DNA of 18,100 nucleotides. Origin: an uncultured Eubacteriales bacterium. Its GTDB lineage: Bacteria > Bacillota > Clostridia > TANB77 > SIG350. The DNA is taken from the NCBI GenBank assembly GCA_964520895.1, contig CAZFOR010000023.1:1-18100 (forward strand). Direction: 5' to 3'. Both the position numbers and the translations under genes were made by a program. The notes beneath the pieces were generated by a model. That model worked only from the letters and a program-made list of their open reading frames with translations. It did not search any database and was not told the DNA's origin. Of the stretch, positions 1 through 9,200 are shown piece by piece; position 1 is the stretch's first letter, and every line of letters starts with the position of its first letter.

Positions 1-100
1 TTAAAATCCCGCTTATGTTTAACTTTTTTTGGGACATTTTCCAAAAATATTGACATACCCTTTATAACTTTCTTGTATTTTTTACCATTTTTCTTTTTTA

Positions 101-1018
101 TTAATTAATTATAAGTTCCATTAGCTCCTGTGCAGAAGTCTGTCTAAGTATAGTATATCTTTTCATTAAATATAGCGTCTCAGGTATCTGTTTTGCTAAT
201 ATATTAGACCCTTTATCAGTTGTCAGTGTAACTTTAACACCCAAAGATTTCAACGTCTTTTCACTTATTTCATTATATACTCCATTTGGATATGAAACAA
301 CAATAATATCTTGTTTCAAATTGTTTTTAAAACATTCCTTCATTTTTTTAAAATCTTTTATAATATAATTTGCATATTCTTCATCTGTTTCATTATCAAA
401 CCTAGAAAAATTTTGCCTAGCATATTCAGTATTTTCATATTTAGCATTTTGATGCATATCATATGTATGACTTTGTATAAATATTAATCCCGAATCAATC
501 ATTTCTTTTGCTTTTTCATAAGAAAAATGAGGAATAATTTTATATTCAGTGTCTTTATATTTATCTGTTCCCATAGATGACCCTATTATAAATATAGTAG
601 CTTTCATATTATATTTTTTTAATATAGGATATGCCAATTCATAATTACTTAAATATCCATCATCAAATGTAATACATATTGGCTTTTCTGGTAATTCTTT
701 TTCATTATAAACATAGTCAATCATTTCATCAAATGATACCCCTGTATATCCACTATCATATAATTCTTTTATTTGCTGTTCAAATAGTTGTGTTGAAATA
801 GAATAATCACTTAGACTGTTATCATCAATATCATGATACATTAGTATCGGAACTTTTTTCTGTGACATTAAGTTATTCAAATATATATTTTCTTCATTTT
901 TTTCTTTTATATTATAACTATTTTCATTTGAATTAATAAAATAATTTGTTAATATAACTACGATACTTATTATAGTAACTGAAATAAGTATCAGTAATAG
1001 ATTTTTATTTGAACTCAT
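101..1018 (-). CDS. Polysaccharide deacetylase family protein with N-terminal signal/TM segment
   Basis: ORF with VPILMYHDIDD, PICITFDDGYLSNYELAYPIL and SHTYDMH motifs typical of NodB/PgaB-type deacetylases. The track ORF starts at 1084, but ATG at 1018 is preceded by GGAGG and avoids the argS overlap. Confidence 0.9.
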   Translation of the reverse strand: MSSNKNLLLILISVTIISIVVILTNYFINSNENSYNIKEKNEENIYLNNLMSQKKVPILMYHDIDDNSLSDYSISTQLFEQQIKELYDSGYTGVSFDEMIDYVYNEKELPEKPICITFDDGYLSNYELAYPILKKYNMKATIFIIGSSMGTDKYKDTEYKIIPHFSYEKAKEMIDSGLIFIQSHTYDMHQNAKYENTEYARQNFSRFDNETDEEYANYIIKDFKKMKECFKNNLKQDIIVVSYPNGVYNEISEKTLKSLGVKVTLTTDKGSNILAKQIPETLYLMKRYTILRQTSAQELMELIIN

Positions 1019-1061
1019 ATCTTCCTCCAATGTATGCACATACATAAAATAGTATAATAAA

Positions 1062-2777
1062 TTACATTTTATCTGGGCAATCAATACCTAATAGTCTCAT
1101 ACCATTTTTTATAACATCACCAACTTGTTTAGTTAGTAATATTCTTGCTTTTTTAATATTTTCATCATCACACATAATTGTATATTTGGCATAATATGTG
1201 CTAAATGCTTGTGCTAAATCTATTATGTATCTAGATAAAATTGAAGGCTCATTTTTTAGCATTGCATTTTCTATTGTATTTGAGAAGTTACCTAATATTT
1301 TAACAATATTTATTTCTTCATCTTCTAATATTAGACTAAAATCTATTTGTGATATATCATTGATATCAATATTTGCTTTTTCTAATATACTTCTTGTTCT
1401 TACATACATAAATTGGATATATGGCCCTGTTTCTCCATTAAAATTAAGAATTGTATCCCAATCAAATATTTCATCTTTAATTCTAGATGATGATAAATCA
1501 TTAAATATTATTGCACCTACACCTACTTTTTTCGCTATTTCATCTTTATTTTCTAAATTAGGGTTTTTATCATTAATTATTTCCCTAGACTTATTTATTG
1601 CTTCATTTATAATATCTTCTAATGAAACTGAATTGCCTTTTCTTGATCCAATTTTTTCTCCATTTTTGTCAACTACTAATCCAAATGAAACATGCTCTGT
1701 TTTGTCAACATACTCTTTATACCCCATTAATTCCATAACTTTAAATATTTGCTTAAAATGTAATTGTTGTTCACCGCCAACTACATAAACCATTTTATCA
1801 AAATTATATTCTTTCATTCTGTATTTAAATGCTGCTAAGTCTCTTGTTGCATATATTGTGGTACCAGCTGATGTTATTATTATACAAGGTGACATATTAT
1901 ACTCATCTAAATCAACTATCTTCGCTCCTTGTGACTCAACTAATAATCCTTTTTCATTTAATTCTTCAACTATTGCATCCATTTTATCATTATAGAAAGC
2001 TTCTCCATTATATGAATCAAATTTTGAATTTAATAAATTATATGTTTTTTCATATTCATTTAAACTTACTTCTTTAATCCATTTCCATGTTTCTACCGCT
2101 TCTTCATCACCTTTTTCAAGTAATATAAACTGCTGTCTTGCAAGATTAGTCAATTCAGGATTTTCTTTTTCCTCTTTACTAAATCTAACATAAACTTTTA
2201 AAATTGAATTTATAGCATCATTTTCAAAATCATATTCAGGGTCATTTTTCCATAAATTTAATCCTGCCATTACTTTTCCAAACTGTATTCCCCAATCACC
2301 TAAATGATTTATTCCTATAACATTATATCCCATAAATTTATATATTTTATACAATGCTCCACCTATAACAGTTGTTCTTAAATGTCCAATATGAAAAGGT
2401 TTTGCAATATTTGGTGATGAATATTCAATAATAGCTGTTTTATTTTCTCCATAATTACTTTTCCCATAATCATCTTTTTTATTGAAAATTTCTGTCATTA
2501 TATCTTTTACAAATATTTGCTTATTTACAAAAAAATTCAAATATCCACCTTCAACTTTTATTTCATTTATTTCTTCATCTACTTCAAACTTTTCTTTTAT
2601 TTCATTTGCAATTACTATTGGTGATTTATGTAACTCTTTTGCCAGTTTAAAACATGGAAATGCATAATCACCCATATCACTATTTGGTGGTACCTCAACA
2701 TATTGCTCAATTTCGTTTTCACTAATATTGGTTATTAATGATATCTTTTTTATAATATTTTCTTTAATTTTAGACAT
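1062..2777 (-). CDS. argS: Arginyl-tRNA synthetase (class I)
   Basis: SSPNIAKPFHIGHLRTTVIG (HIGH motif), NHLGDWGIQFGK, C-terminal anticodon-binding domain ending in GIDCPDKM. Confidence 0.96.
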   Translation of the reverse strand: MSKIKENIIKKISLITNISENEIEQYVEVPPNSDMGDYAFPCFKLAKELHKSPIVIANEIKEKFEVDEEINEIKVEGGYLNFFVNKQIFVKDIMTEIFNKKDDYGKSNYGENKTAIIEYSSPNIAKPFHIGHLRTTVIGGALYKIYKFMGYNVIGINHLGDWGIQFGKVMAGLNLWKNDPEYDFENDAINSILKVYVRFSKEEKENPELTNLARQQFILLEKGDEEAVETWKWIKEVSLNEYEKTYNLLNSKFDSYNGEAFYNDKMDAIVEELNEKGLLVESQGAKIVDLDEYNMSPCIIITSAGTTIYATRDLAAFKYRMKEYNFDKMVYVVGGEQQLHFKQIFKVMELMGYKEYVDKTEHVSFGLVVDKNGEKIGSRKGNSVSLEDIINEAINKSREIINDKNPNLENKDEIAKKVGVGAIIFNDLSSSRIKDEIFDWDTILNFNGETGPYIQFMYVRTRSILEKANIDINDISQIDFSLILEDEEINIVKILGNFSNTIENAMLKNEPSILSRYIIDLAQAFSTYYAKYTIMCDDENIKKARILLTKQVGDVIKNGMRLLGIDCPDKM

Positions 2778-2791
2778 AATTCACTCCTTTT

Positions 2792-5236
2792 CTACTTCTC
2801 CAGTATTTTTTCAATTTGTTTCTTTTTGCTAGAAGTAGTATTTGTTTTTGTTAGTTTTTCTAATGTATTATTTAACATTAATGATGTATCAGTTTTCCTT
2901 AAAACTTGTTTACCATTATTTGAAACATTTTCTTCTAAATCAATATATGTTTCCCTTATAACCTTTTGTTTAGAAACAACTTTACTATTTCTAGAATATG
3001 ATACATCATCATTTCTATATGATTCCAAAGAACTTTCTATTTGTTTTTCTAATAATGGATACACACTATTAAATAATTTATCGTTTTTAACTTTTCTAGT
3101 CTTCTGTTTTTCAATACTGTTTTGTACACTATCAATTACTTCTTTTTTAATGTTATACTTTTCAGATAATTTTTCTTTTGATAACAAAAAATATTCAATA
3201 TTTAATTTTTCGCTACTATTTTTTTCTTTTATAATTAGAGGAATACCTTTTTGTCTAGCTATCATTAAATAAACTTGAAGTTGTGCATTTGGTATATCAA
3301 GTATTTGCGGATATGCTTCAATATAACTATACAAATTATTCTCTATCACTGTATCAATATTTTTCTCAATATTTTGTGTAGGTCTTGCATATAGTATATT
3401 TAATGGCATATCAATATTATTTCTTTCAAATACTTTTTTATTTTTTTCTATGTACTCAGATTTACCTTCAATTAGTAAACTAGGTACTTTTTCTATTTTC
3501 TGTTTTTCAAACCCTATTTTAGTAAGACCTTTATATACTTTTTCAATTTCTTTTTCATCTTCTCTTACTAAAATTTGTGAATTATCAGTAATTATTTTTT
3601 CAGACAAATTATTTTTTTCAAATATTCCAAATATATTTTCTATTTTAACTTTATCACTTTTTATATATATATCTGGATTATCTTGTATAATTTGTTTATA
3701 TTCTTTTGGTTTATGCTGTTTTAAAGTATTTGTTACTTCTCTAATAGTCATAGCACTCGAAAAAGCAATTAAACTAGGTTTATTTTCAATTAACTCTCCA
3801 CCAAATCCTTGATTATTAACTTCTTTTATTACATCTCTTACTTGTTTAGATGATGTTTTATTTAAAACACTAGTATCTTTTTTTAATACATTAATATCTA
3901 CTTTTTCCTCTTTTAATACATTTATAACCTTTTGTACTTCATCAATATTTTTAATTACAGTAATTGATTGCATATTTGATAAGCTTTTTCTATTTACGTA
4001 CTCTGTTTTATCATCATCTAAAAATCTTGACATATTATATACTTTTTCTACAAAAACATATGGTGACACATCTAATACTAGATTTATATCTGGATATGAT
4101 GTAGATAGTTCATTTTTTACTTCAATTAATATTTTAGTATTACCTGATATTAATACTTCTGGGCATGAATAAATTATATATTTGCTCATTTTATTTTGTT
4201 CTAAAACATCAATTATTTTATCTATTTTCTTTTGATTAGATAGTATTAATATACTAGGACAAACAGCTATAATATCCAAACTTAATCCATTTATTTTTAA
4301 TTGATGAATTATATTAGATATTTCATCAATTTTACCTCTTTGCAATATTTCAGGGCAAAATTCTAAAACACTTAGTGGTATATTGTTTTTAATAAGCAAA
4401 TCTATAATTTCACTAACTTGTCTTAAATTTTTTCTTTTTAATATTGCTGGGCATGATAATATTATTGCATTTGGTAACATATTGTTTTTTAGTACATTTA
4501 ACATATATGTTAAATTATCTTCTTTTCCTAACTGTATCATTCCAGAATTATTTTCTTTATTATCATTATCTTCTTCATTTATTTCTTCTTGATTATTTTT
4601 CTCTTTATCTTCATTTTCTTTATTATTATCTGTATCAGTAGTATTACTTATATTATTTACTTCATTATCATTTTTTTCTTTTTCTTTTATATCATCTATT
4701 ATTTGTTTTAATTCTTTTGAAGTTGATTTATATAATATTGCTATATTATTTCTAATTAAAGTTTTATATCCCTTGACTTCTTTTAATACATTTAAGTTAT
4801 CCCTTATAGTTTCATATTTTGCTGCATATAGTATCTTAGCATTTGAAGATGTTCTATCTTCTAATAAATCTATTAACCCTTCCTTTTCAAGTAATGTAAT
4901 TATTTTATCAATTTCTTCTGTATTAGAATTCACATTATTTCCAATTGATATTATTATATTAACATTTACATATGGACTTCTTTTTTTATTCATTTTTTTT
5001 ATGTAATTTAATCTTGATTCAAATTCTTCATCATCATAAATATCTATAACATCTAATAGAGAATTAAACTGATTAATATATCTTATATCTAACCCTATTT
5101 CTCTTAATACTTCTATTAATCTCATTACTCTGTTTATGACTGTGTCGCTTGGCTCATCACCATATCTTTTTTCAAGATATTCAATTACACCAATACTTAC
5201 TTTTAGTTCTCTTCTTAAATATTTATAGAAATCCAT
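2792..5236 (-). CDS. Large helical repeat protein with mTERF-like repeats (about 33-36 aa units with cP-x-iL) and a central acidic/Asn-rich linker
   Basis: Successive segments: ILSCPAILKRKNLRQVSEIIDLLIKNNIPLSVLEFCPEILQRGKIDEISNIIHQLKINGLSLDIIAVCPSILILSNQKKIDKIIDVLEQNKMSKYIIYSCPEVLI. Later degenerate copies include ENKPSLIAF, QDNPDIYIK, EKVPSLLIE and EAYPQILDI. Confidence 0.6.
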   Translation of the reverse strand: MDFYKYLRRELKVSIGVIEYLEKRYGDEPSDTVINRVMRLIEVLREIGLDIRYINQFNSLLDVIDIYDDEEFESRLNYIKKMNKKRSPYVNVNIIISIGNNVNSNTEEIDKIITLLEKEGLIDLLEDRTSSNAKILYAAKYETIRDNLNVLKEVKGYKTLIRNNIAILYKSTSKELKQIIDDIKEKEKNDNEVNNISNTTDTDNNKENEDKEKNNQEEINEEDNDNKENNSGMIQLGKEDNLTYMLNVLKNNMLPNAIILSCPAILKRKNLRQVSEIIDLLIKNNIPLSVLEFCPEILQRGKIDEISNIIHQLKINGLSLDIIAVCPSILILSNQKKIDKIIDVLEQNKMSKYIIYSCPEVLISGNTKILIEVKNELSTSYPDINLVLDVSPYVFVEKVYNMSRFLDDDKTEYVNRKSLSNMQSITVIKNIDEVQKVINVLKEEKVDINVLKKDTSVLNKTSSKQVRDVIKEVNNQGFGGELIENKPSLIAFSSAMTIREVTNTLKQHKPKEYKQIIQDNPDIYIKSDKVKIENIFGIFEKNNLSEKIITDNSQILVREDEKEIEKVYKGLTKIGFEKQKIEKVPSLLIEGKSEYIEKNKKVFERNNIDMPLNILYARPTQNIEKNIDTVIENNLYSYIEAYPQILDIPNAQLQVYLMIARQKGIPLIIKEKNSSEKLNIEYFLLSKEKLSEKYNIKKEVIDSVQNSIEKQKTRKVKNDKLFNSVYPLLEKQIESSLESYRNDDVSYSRNSKVVSKQKVIRETYIDLEENVSNNGKQVLRKTDTSLMLNNTLEKLTKTNTTSSKKKQIEKILEK

Positions 5237-5253
5237 ACGCTACCTCCTTTTTA

Positions 5254-5760
5254 TTATATTATATATTCAAAACCTACTTCTGGATATAATTTTCCATCTA
5301 TATTAGTATCCTTTTCTTTGGATACTCTTCCACCCATTTTTTCATAAAATTTTCTTGATGGAAGATTATCTCTTAAACACCATATTATAATTTTATCTTT
5401 ATTTTCTTTTTTCAAATGATTAACTGCATATGTAAACATTTGTGTTCCTATACCACCATATTTACATTCAGGCTTTACATATATAGCAACTATCTCTCCA
5501 TTATATTCCTTAGAATTATCTGATACTACTTCACCATATCTACAAAATCCTACAATTTCATCATTGGCTTGTGCAACTATAAAGTGGCCTAATTGATAAT
5601 CATTTTTTCTTCTTTCAATATCTTTTTCTCTACTCATATTATCTAAAAATTCATCATCAATAATTCCTTTATATGCTATTTTCCAAGCGTTTATTCTTAT
5701 ATCAACAACTTGCTTTATATCATCATATTGTATGTTTCGTATTAACAATTCTGTTTTCAT
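5254..5760 (-). CDS. GNAT family N-acetyltransferase
   Basis: VAIYVKPECKYGGIGTQMFTYAVNHLKKENKDKIIIWCLRDNLPSRKFYEKMGGR: classic GNAT acetyl-CoA binding and C-terminal pattern. Confidence 0.92.
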   Translation of the reverse strand: MKTELLIRNIQYDDIKQVVDIRINAWKIAYKGIIDDEFLDNMSREKDIERRKNDYQLGHFIVAQANDEIVGFCRYGEVVSDNSKEYNGEIVAIYVKPECKYGGIGTQMFTYAVNHLKKENKDKIIIWCLRDNLPSRKFYEKMGGRVSKEKDTNIDGKLYPEVGFEYII

Positions 5761-5772
5761 ACAATACCCCCT

Positions 5773-6183
5773 TTATTTTATTAAATCAAGGTTACCATTT
5801 ATAACAATTGGAGAAAAGCCATGTATTTCATCATATAACATTCCTTGTGGAATATCATTATATAAATAGATTTTTTTATTACCCATAGATGCTTCATATA
5901 ATTCTAAAAATGTTGCTCCACCAATATAGTTTTCATTTCCGTTTTTATCAAAATTTAATGCTAAAACAGCATCCATATTATTAATAACTTCTTTAGACCT
6001 TTTATACATTCTAGTTTTAAATTGTGCATGTTCATTTTCACCTAAATCCCAATTTTGTTTTTCTATTAAAGGATTGTCATAGTAATTTGGTAATTCAATT
6101 TGATGTCCTTTTTCCTCCAATTGTTTTTTTATAGGTTCAATTTTGCTATAAAACGATTTACTACAAATAATTAATATTTTCAC
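5773..6183 (-). CDS. Nucleoside 2-deoxyribosyltransferase-like superfamily protein
   Basis: ICSKSFYSKIEPIKKQLEEKGHQIELPNYYDNP, NNMDAVLALNFDKNGNENYIGGATFLELYEASMGNKKIYLYN resemble the nucleoside deoxyribosyltransferase-like fold. Confidence 0.6.
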   Translation of the reverse strand: MKILIICSKSFYSKIEPIKKQLEEKGHQIELPNYYDNPLIEKQNWDLGENEHAQFKTRMYKRSKEVINNMDAVLALNFDKNGNENYIGGATFLELYEASMGNKKIYLYNDIPQGMLYDEIHGFSPIVINGNLDLIK

Positions 6184-6184
6184 A

Positions 6185-8812
6185 TTAGTTCTCCTTAATA
6201 TTATTTAATCTTTCTTCAACATTTTTTAACATTTGAATATAGTTTTCTCTTTTTTCTTTTTCTTCATTAATCTTTGCTTCTGGTGCTTTTGATACAAATC
6301 CAGGATTTGATAACATTTTATCTACTCTTTCAATTTCTTTTAAGTATTTATCTTTTTCATTATTTAATCTTTCAATCTCTTCATTGATATCTACTAAATC
6401 ACCTAATGGAATAAATATCTCAATATCTGGTACAGTAATTGATACTGCATTTTTATCAATACCTTGTTTATCCTTTTTAATTTCAAATGTTTCTATATTA
6501 ACTAATTTTTGTAATATTCCTTTTCCATTATTAATAATATCATCTCTATTGTTTGTTACAAATATTGCTGATATTTTTTTAGATGGTGGAACATTCATAT
6601 TAACTTTAACATTTCTAACACTTCTTATTATTTCTTTTGTTAATTCAATATCTTTTTCTTCATTTTCAAAATTAAACTTTTCACTATACTCAGGCCATTT
6701 TGATATCATTATACTTTCTTCTTTTTTGTTAATTTCTAAAAATATCTTTTCAGTTATAAATGGCATAAATGGATGTAATAATTTTAAAGAATTTTCAAGT
6801 ACATATCTTAATGTAAATTCAGCTTCTTTTTTAGTATCACAGTTTTGGTCATATAATCTTGATTTAACCATTTCAATATACCAATCACAGAATTCATACC
6901 ACATAAAATCATATATTTTCTGAAGTCCTATACCCAATTCATAATCATCAATATCTTTTGTAACTTCTGTAATTAATTTATTTAATTTAGATAATATCCA
7001 TTTATCTTCTAAACATAATTTATTTTCATCATAACTATTATCACTATCAATATCTATATTTGATATAACAAATTTTGAAGCATTCCATATTTTATTTGCA
7101 AAATTTTTACTCATATCTAATTTATCCATTGAATATTTAATATCATTAGCAAGTGAAATGTTTAATATAAGTGATAATCTTAATGCATCTGCACCATATT
7201 TTTCTATAACTTCAACAGGATCTATACCATTACCTAAACTTTTAGACATTTTTCTTCCTTGTGCATCTCTAACTAATCCATGCATTAAAACATCTGAGAA
7301 AGGTATTTCTCCCATATGTTCTATTCCTGAAAATATCATTCTAGCAACCCAGAAAAATATAATATCATATGCTGTAACTAATACATTTGTAGGATAAAAG
7401 TATTCTAATTCTTTTGTTTTTTCTGGCCAACCTAATGTTGAAAATGGCCATAATGCTGAGCTAAACCATGTATCTAAAACATCATCATCTTGTTTAAATG
7501 TTGTGCCTCCACATTTAGAACATTTATCTGGCATTTGTTTTGAAACTACTATTTCATTACAATCCTGGCAATAATATGCTGGTATTCTATGTCCCCACCA
7601 TAATTGTCTAGAAATACACCAGTCTCTTATATTTTCCATCCAGTTATAATATGTTTTTTCATGTCTTTGTGGTGTAAATTTTATTTTCCCATTTCTAACA
7701 ACATCTATTGCAGGTTTTGCAAGTCCTTCCATTTTAACAAACCATTGGTTTGAAATTGCAGGTTCAACATTTTTATGACATCTATAACATGTACCTACAT
7801 TATGGTTATATTCTTCTATTTTAATTAATGCACCAGTTTCTTTTAGGTCTTTAACTATTTCTTCTCTTGCTTCATATCTATCTAGTCCTTCATATTTACC
7901 ACCATTTTTGTTTATTTTACCATCATCTGTAAATATTTTTATTATTTCTAAATGATGTTTTTGTCCTATTTCAAAATCATTTGGATCATGTGCAGGTGTT
8001 ATTTTTAATGCACCAGTTCCAAATTCAATATCAACATATTCATCAGCTATAATTGGTATTTCTCTATTTACAAGTGGCAAAATAACTGTTTTACCAATTA
8101 GGTGCTTATATCTGTCATCATTTGGGTTTACTGCTATTGCTGTATCTCCTAACATTGTTTCAGGTCTAGTTGTTGCAATTATTATTTCATCATTACTATC
8201 TTTTGCTTTATACTTTATATGCCAAAAATGTCCTGGTTGGTCTACATATTCAACTTCTGCATCTGATAAAGATGTTTTACATGTCGGACACCAGTTAAGC
8301 ATTCTTTCACCTTTGTATATTAACCCTTTATTATATAAATTTATAAAAACTTGTTCTACTGCATTAGATAATCCATCATCCATTGTAAATCTTTCTTTTG
8401 TCCAATCACAAGAACAACCTAATCTTTTTAACTGACTAATTATTGTTCCACCATATTCCTCTGTCCAGTCCCATGCCATTTTCAAGAATTTTTCTCTACC
8501 TATATCTTCTTTTTTTAATCCTTCTTTTGCTAGTTTTTCAACTAATTTAAGTTCTGTTGCAATACTTGCATGGTCTGTTCCAGGTACCCATAACGCGTTA
8601 TATCCTTGCATTCTTTTTGTTCTAATCAAAATATCTTGTAATGTATTTACAAGTGCGTGACCAATATGTAATTTTGATGTTACATTTGGTGGTGGTATAA
8701 CTATTGTATATGGTGTTTTAGTTTCATCAACCTCTGCCTTAAAATATCCTTTTTCATTCCAATTTTTATATAATTCTTCTTCAAAGTCCAATGGATTATA
8801 TGTTTTTTCCAT
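6185..8812 (-). CDS. valS: Valyl-tRNA synthetase
   Basis: PPPNVTSKLHIGHALVNTLQDILIR (HIGH), GRKMSKSLGNGIDP (KMSKS), C-terminal coiled coil. Confidence 0.97.
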   Translation of the reverse strand: MEKTYNPLDFEEELYKNWNEKGYFKAEVDETKTPYTIVIPPPNVTSKLHIGHALVNTLQDILIRTKRMQGYNALWVPGTDHASIATELKLVEKLAKEGLKKEDIGREKFLKMAWDWTEEYGGTIISQLKRLGCSCDWTKERFTMDDGLSNAVEQVFINLYNKGLIYKGERMLNWCPTCKTSLSDAEVEYVDQPGHFWHIKYKAKDSNDEIIIATTRPETMLGDTAIAVNPNDDRYKHLIGKTVILPLVNREIPIIADEYVDIEFGTGALKITPAHDPNDFEIGQKHHLEIIKIFTDDGKINKNGGKYEGLDRYEAREEIVKDLKETGALIKIEEYNHNVGTCYRCHKNVEPAISNQWFVKMEGLAKPAIDVVRNGKIKFTPQRHEKTYYNWMENIRDWCISRQLWWGHRIPAYYCQDCNEIVVSKQMPDKCSKCGGTTFKQDDDVLDTWFSSALWPFSTLGWPEKTKELEYFYPTNVLVTAYDIIFFWVARMIFSGIEHMGEIPFSDVLMHGLVRDAQGRKMSKSLGNGIDPVEVIEKYGADALRLSLILNISLANDIKYSMDKLDMSKNFANKIWNASKFVISNIDIDSDNSYDENKLCLEDKWILSKLNKLITEVTKDIDDYELGIGLQKIYDFMWYEFCDWYIEMVKSRLYDQNCDTKKEAEFTLRYVLENSLKLLHPFMPFITEKIFLEINKKEESIMISKWPEYSEKFNFENEEKDIELTKEIIRSVRNVKVNMNVPPSKKISAIFVTNNRDDIINNGKGILQKLVNIETFEIKKDKQGIDKNAVSITVPDIEIFIPLGDLVDINEEIERLNNEKDKYLKEIERVDKMLSNPGFVSKAPEAKINEEKEKRENYIQMLKNVEERLNNIKEN

Positions 8813-8825
8813 AATAAATTCCCCC

Positions 8826-9033
8826 TTAACTAATATTAATCATATTAAAATACACTAAAATTAGTCCGATGACGCCGTACAACCACGCCGATAATCTTCA
8901 TTCCTATTGTTGCGTTATTTATATCACCTTTTGGAAAGGTTTTTTTAACAAATTTTCTTGCAGAAAATATCATATTTACTCCTAATAGTAAAATGGTAAA
9001 TCCTAATATTAATAAAATATACTGTAATTTCAC
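8826..9033 (-). CDS. Small two-TM membrane protein; complete frame needs a +1 shift at CGG (8875-8877)
   Basis: GTG start at 9033 with AGGAGA upstream. Zero frame ends VVVRRHRTNFSVF* at 8845. Skipping C8877 gives MKIIGVVV-GVIGLILVYFNMINIS*, an uninterrupted hydrophobic helix ending at TAA 8826-8828 just before the valS RBS. Confidence 0.65.
8875..8877 (-). other. Candidate +1 frameshift site GTA CGG C (read as GTA-c-GGC)
   Basis: First in-frame CGG in this gene. The post-shift frame restores the second TM helix. Confidence 0.6.
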
Positions 9034-9066
9034 TTTAATCTCTCCTAACTAAAATTTTACCAATAA

Positions 9067-9094
9067 AGTATATCACAAAATACAATATTTTCAA
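9067..9094 (-). promoter_or_regulatory. Predicted sigma-A-type promoter for small membrane protein-valS (TTGAAA-N16-TATACT, extended TGa)
   Basis: Reverse complement reads TTGAAAATATTGTATTTTGTGATATACT upstream of the RBS and GTG. Confidence 0.5.
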
Positions 9095-9166
9095 ACATTA
9101 TATACAAATTTTTTTATATCAATTTCAAATAATTAATCTATTTTATGTTTTTTAAAAATTAAACAT

Positions 9167-9191
9167 AAAAAAAGAGGTGATTTCTCACCTC
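9167..9191 (-). terminator. Intrinsic terminator of the ABC transporter gene
   Basis: Minus strand GAGGTGA-GAAA-TCACCTC followed by TTTTTTT. Confidence 0.85.
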
Positions 9192-9200
9192 CCCGAAAAC

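Noticed and set aside
1-56. CGG at 9-11 lies in frame with a possible minus-strand start ATG at 54-56 (MSIFLENVPKKVKHK-CGG), which would be a fourth shift site
   Set aside because: The gene runs off the window and its real start is unclear. An alternative ATG at 35-37 (MSQKKLNISGIL) is already in the post-shift frame, so nothing can be concluded without more sequence.
1198-1788. Plus-strand ORFs inside argS, the 814-aa gene, valS, the ABC gene and the MurL-like gene (1198..1788, 1829..2077, 2482..2667, 2826..3272, 3450..3812, 6384..6923, 9649..10050 and others)
   Set aside because: They are antisense to well-supported genes, lack RBS/family resemblance, and show compositions expected for shadow ORFs.
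9034-9200. T-box riboswitch upstream of valS
   Set aside because: A promoter is predicted only about 30 bp upstream of the small ORF start and no specifier/antiterminator (TGGNACCGCG-like T-box) sequence is present.
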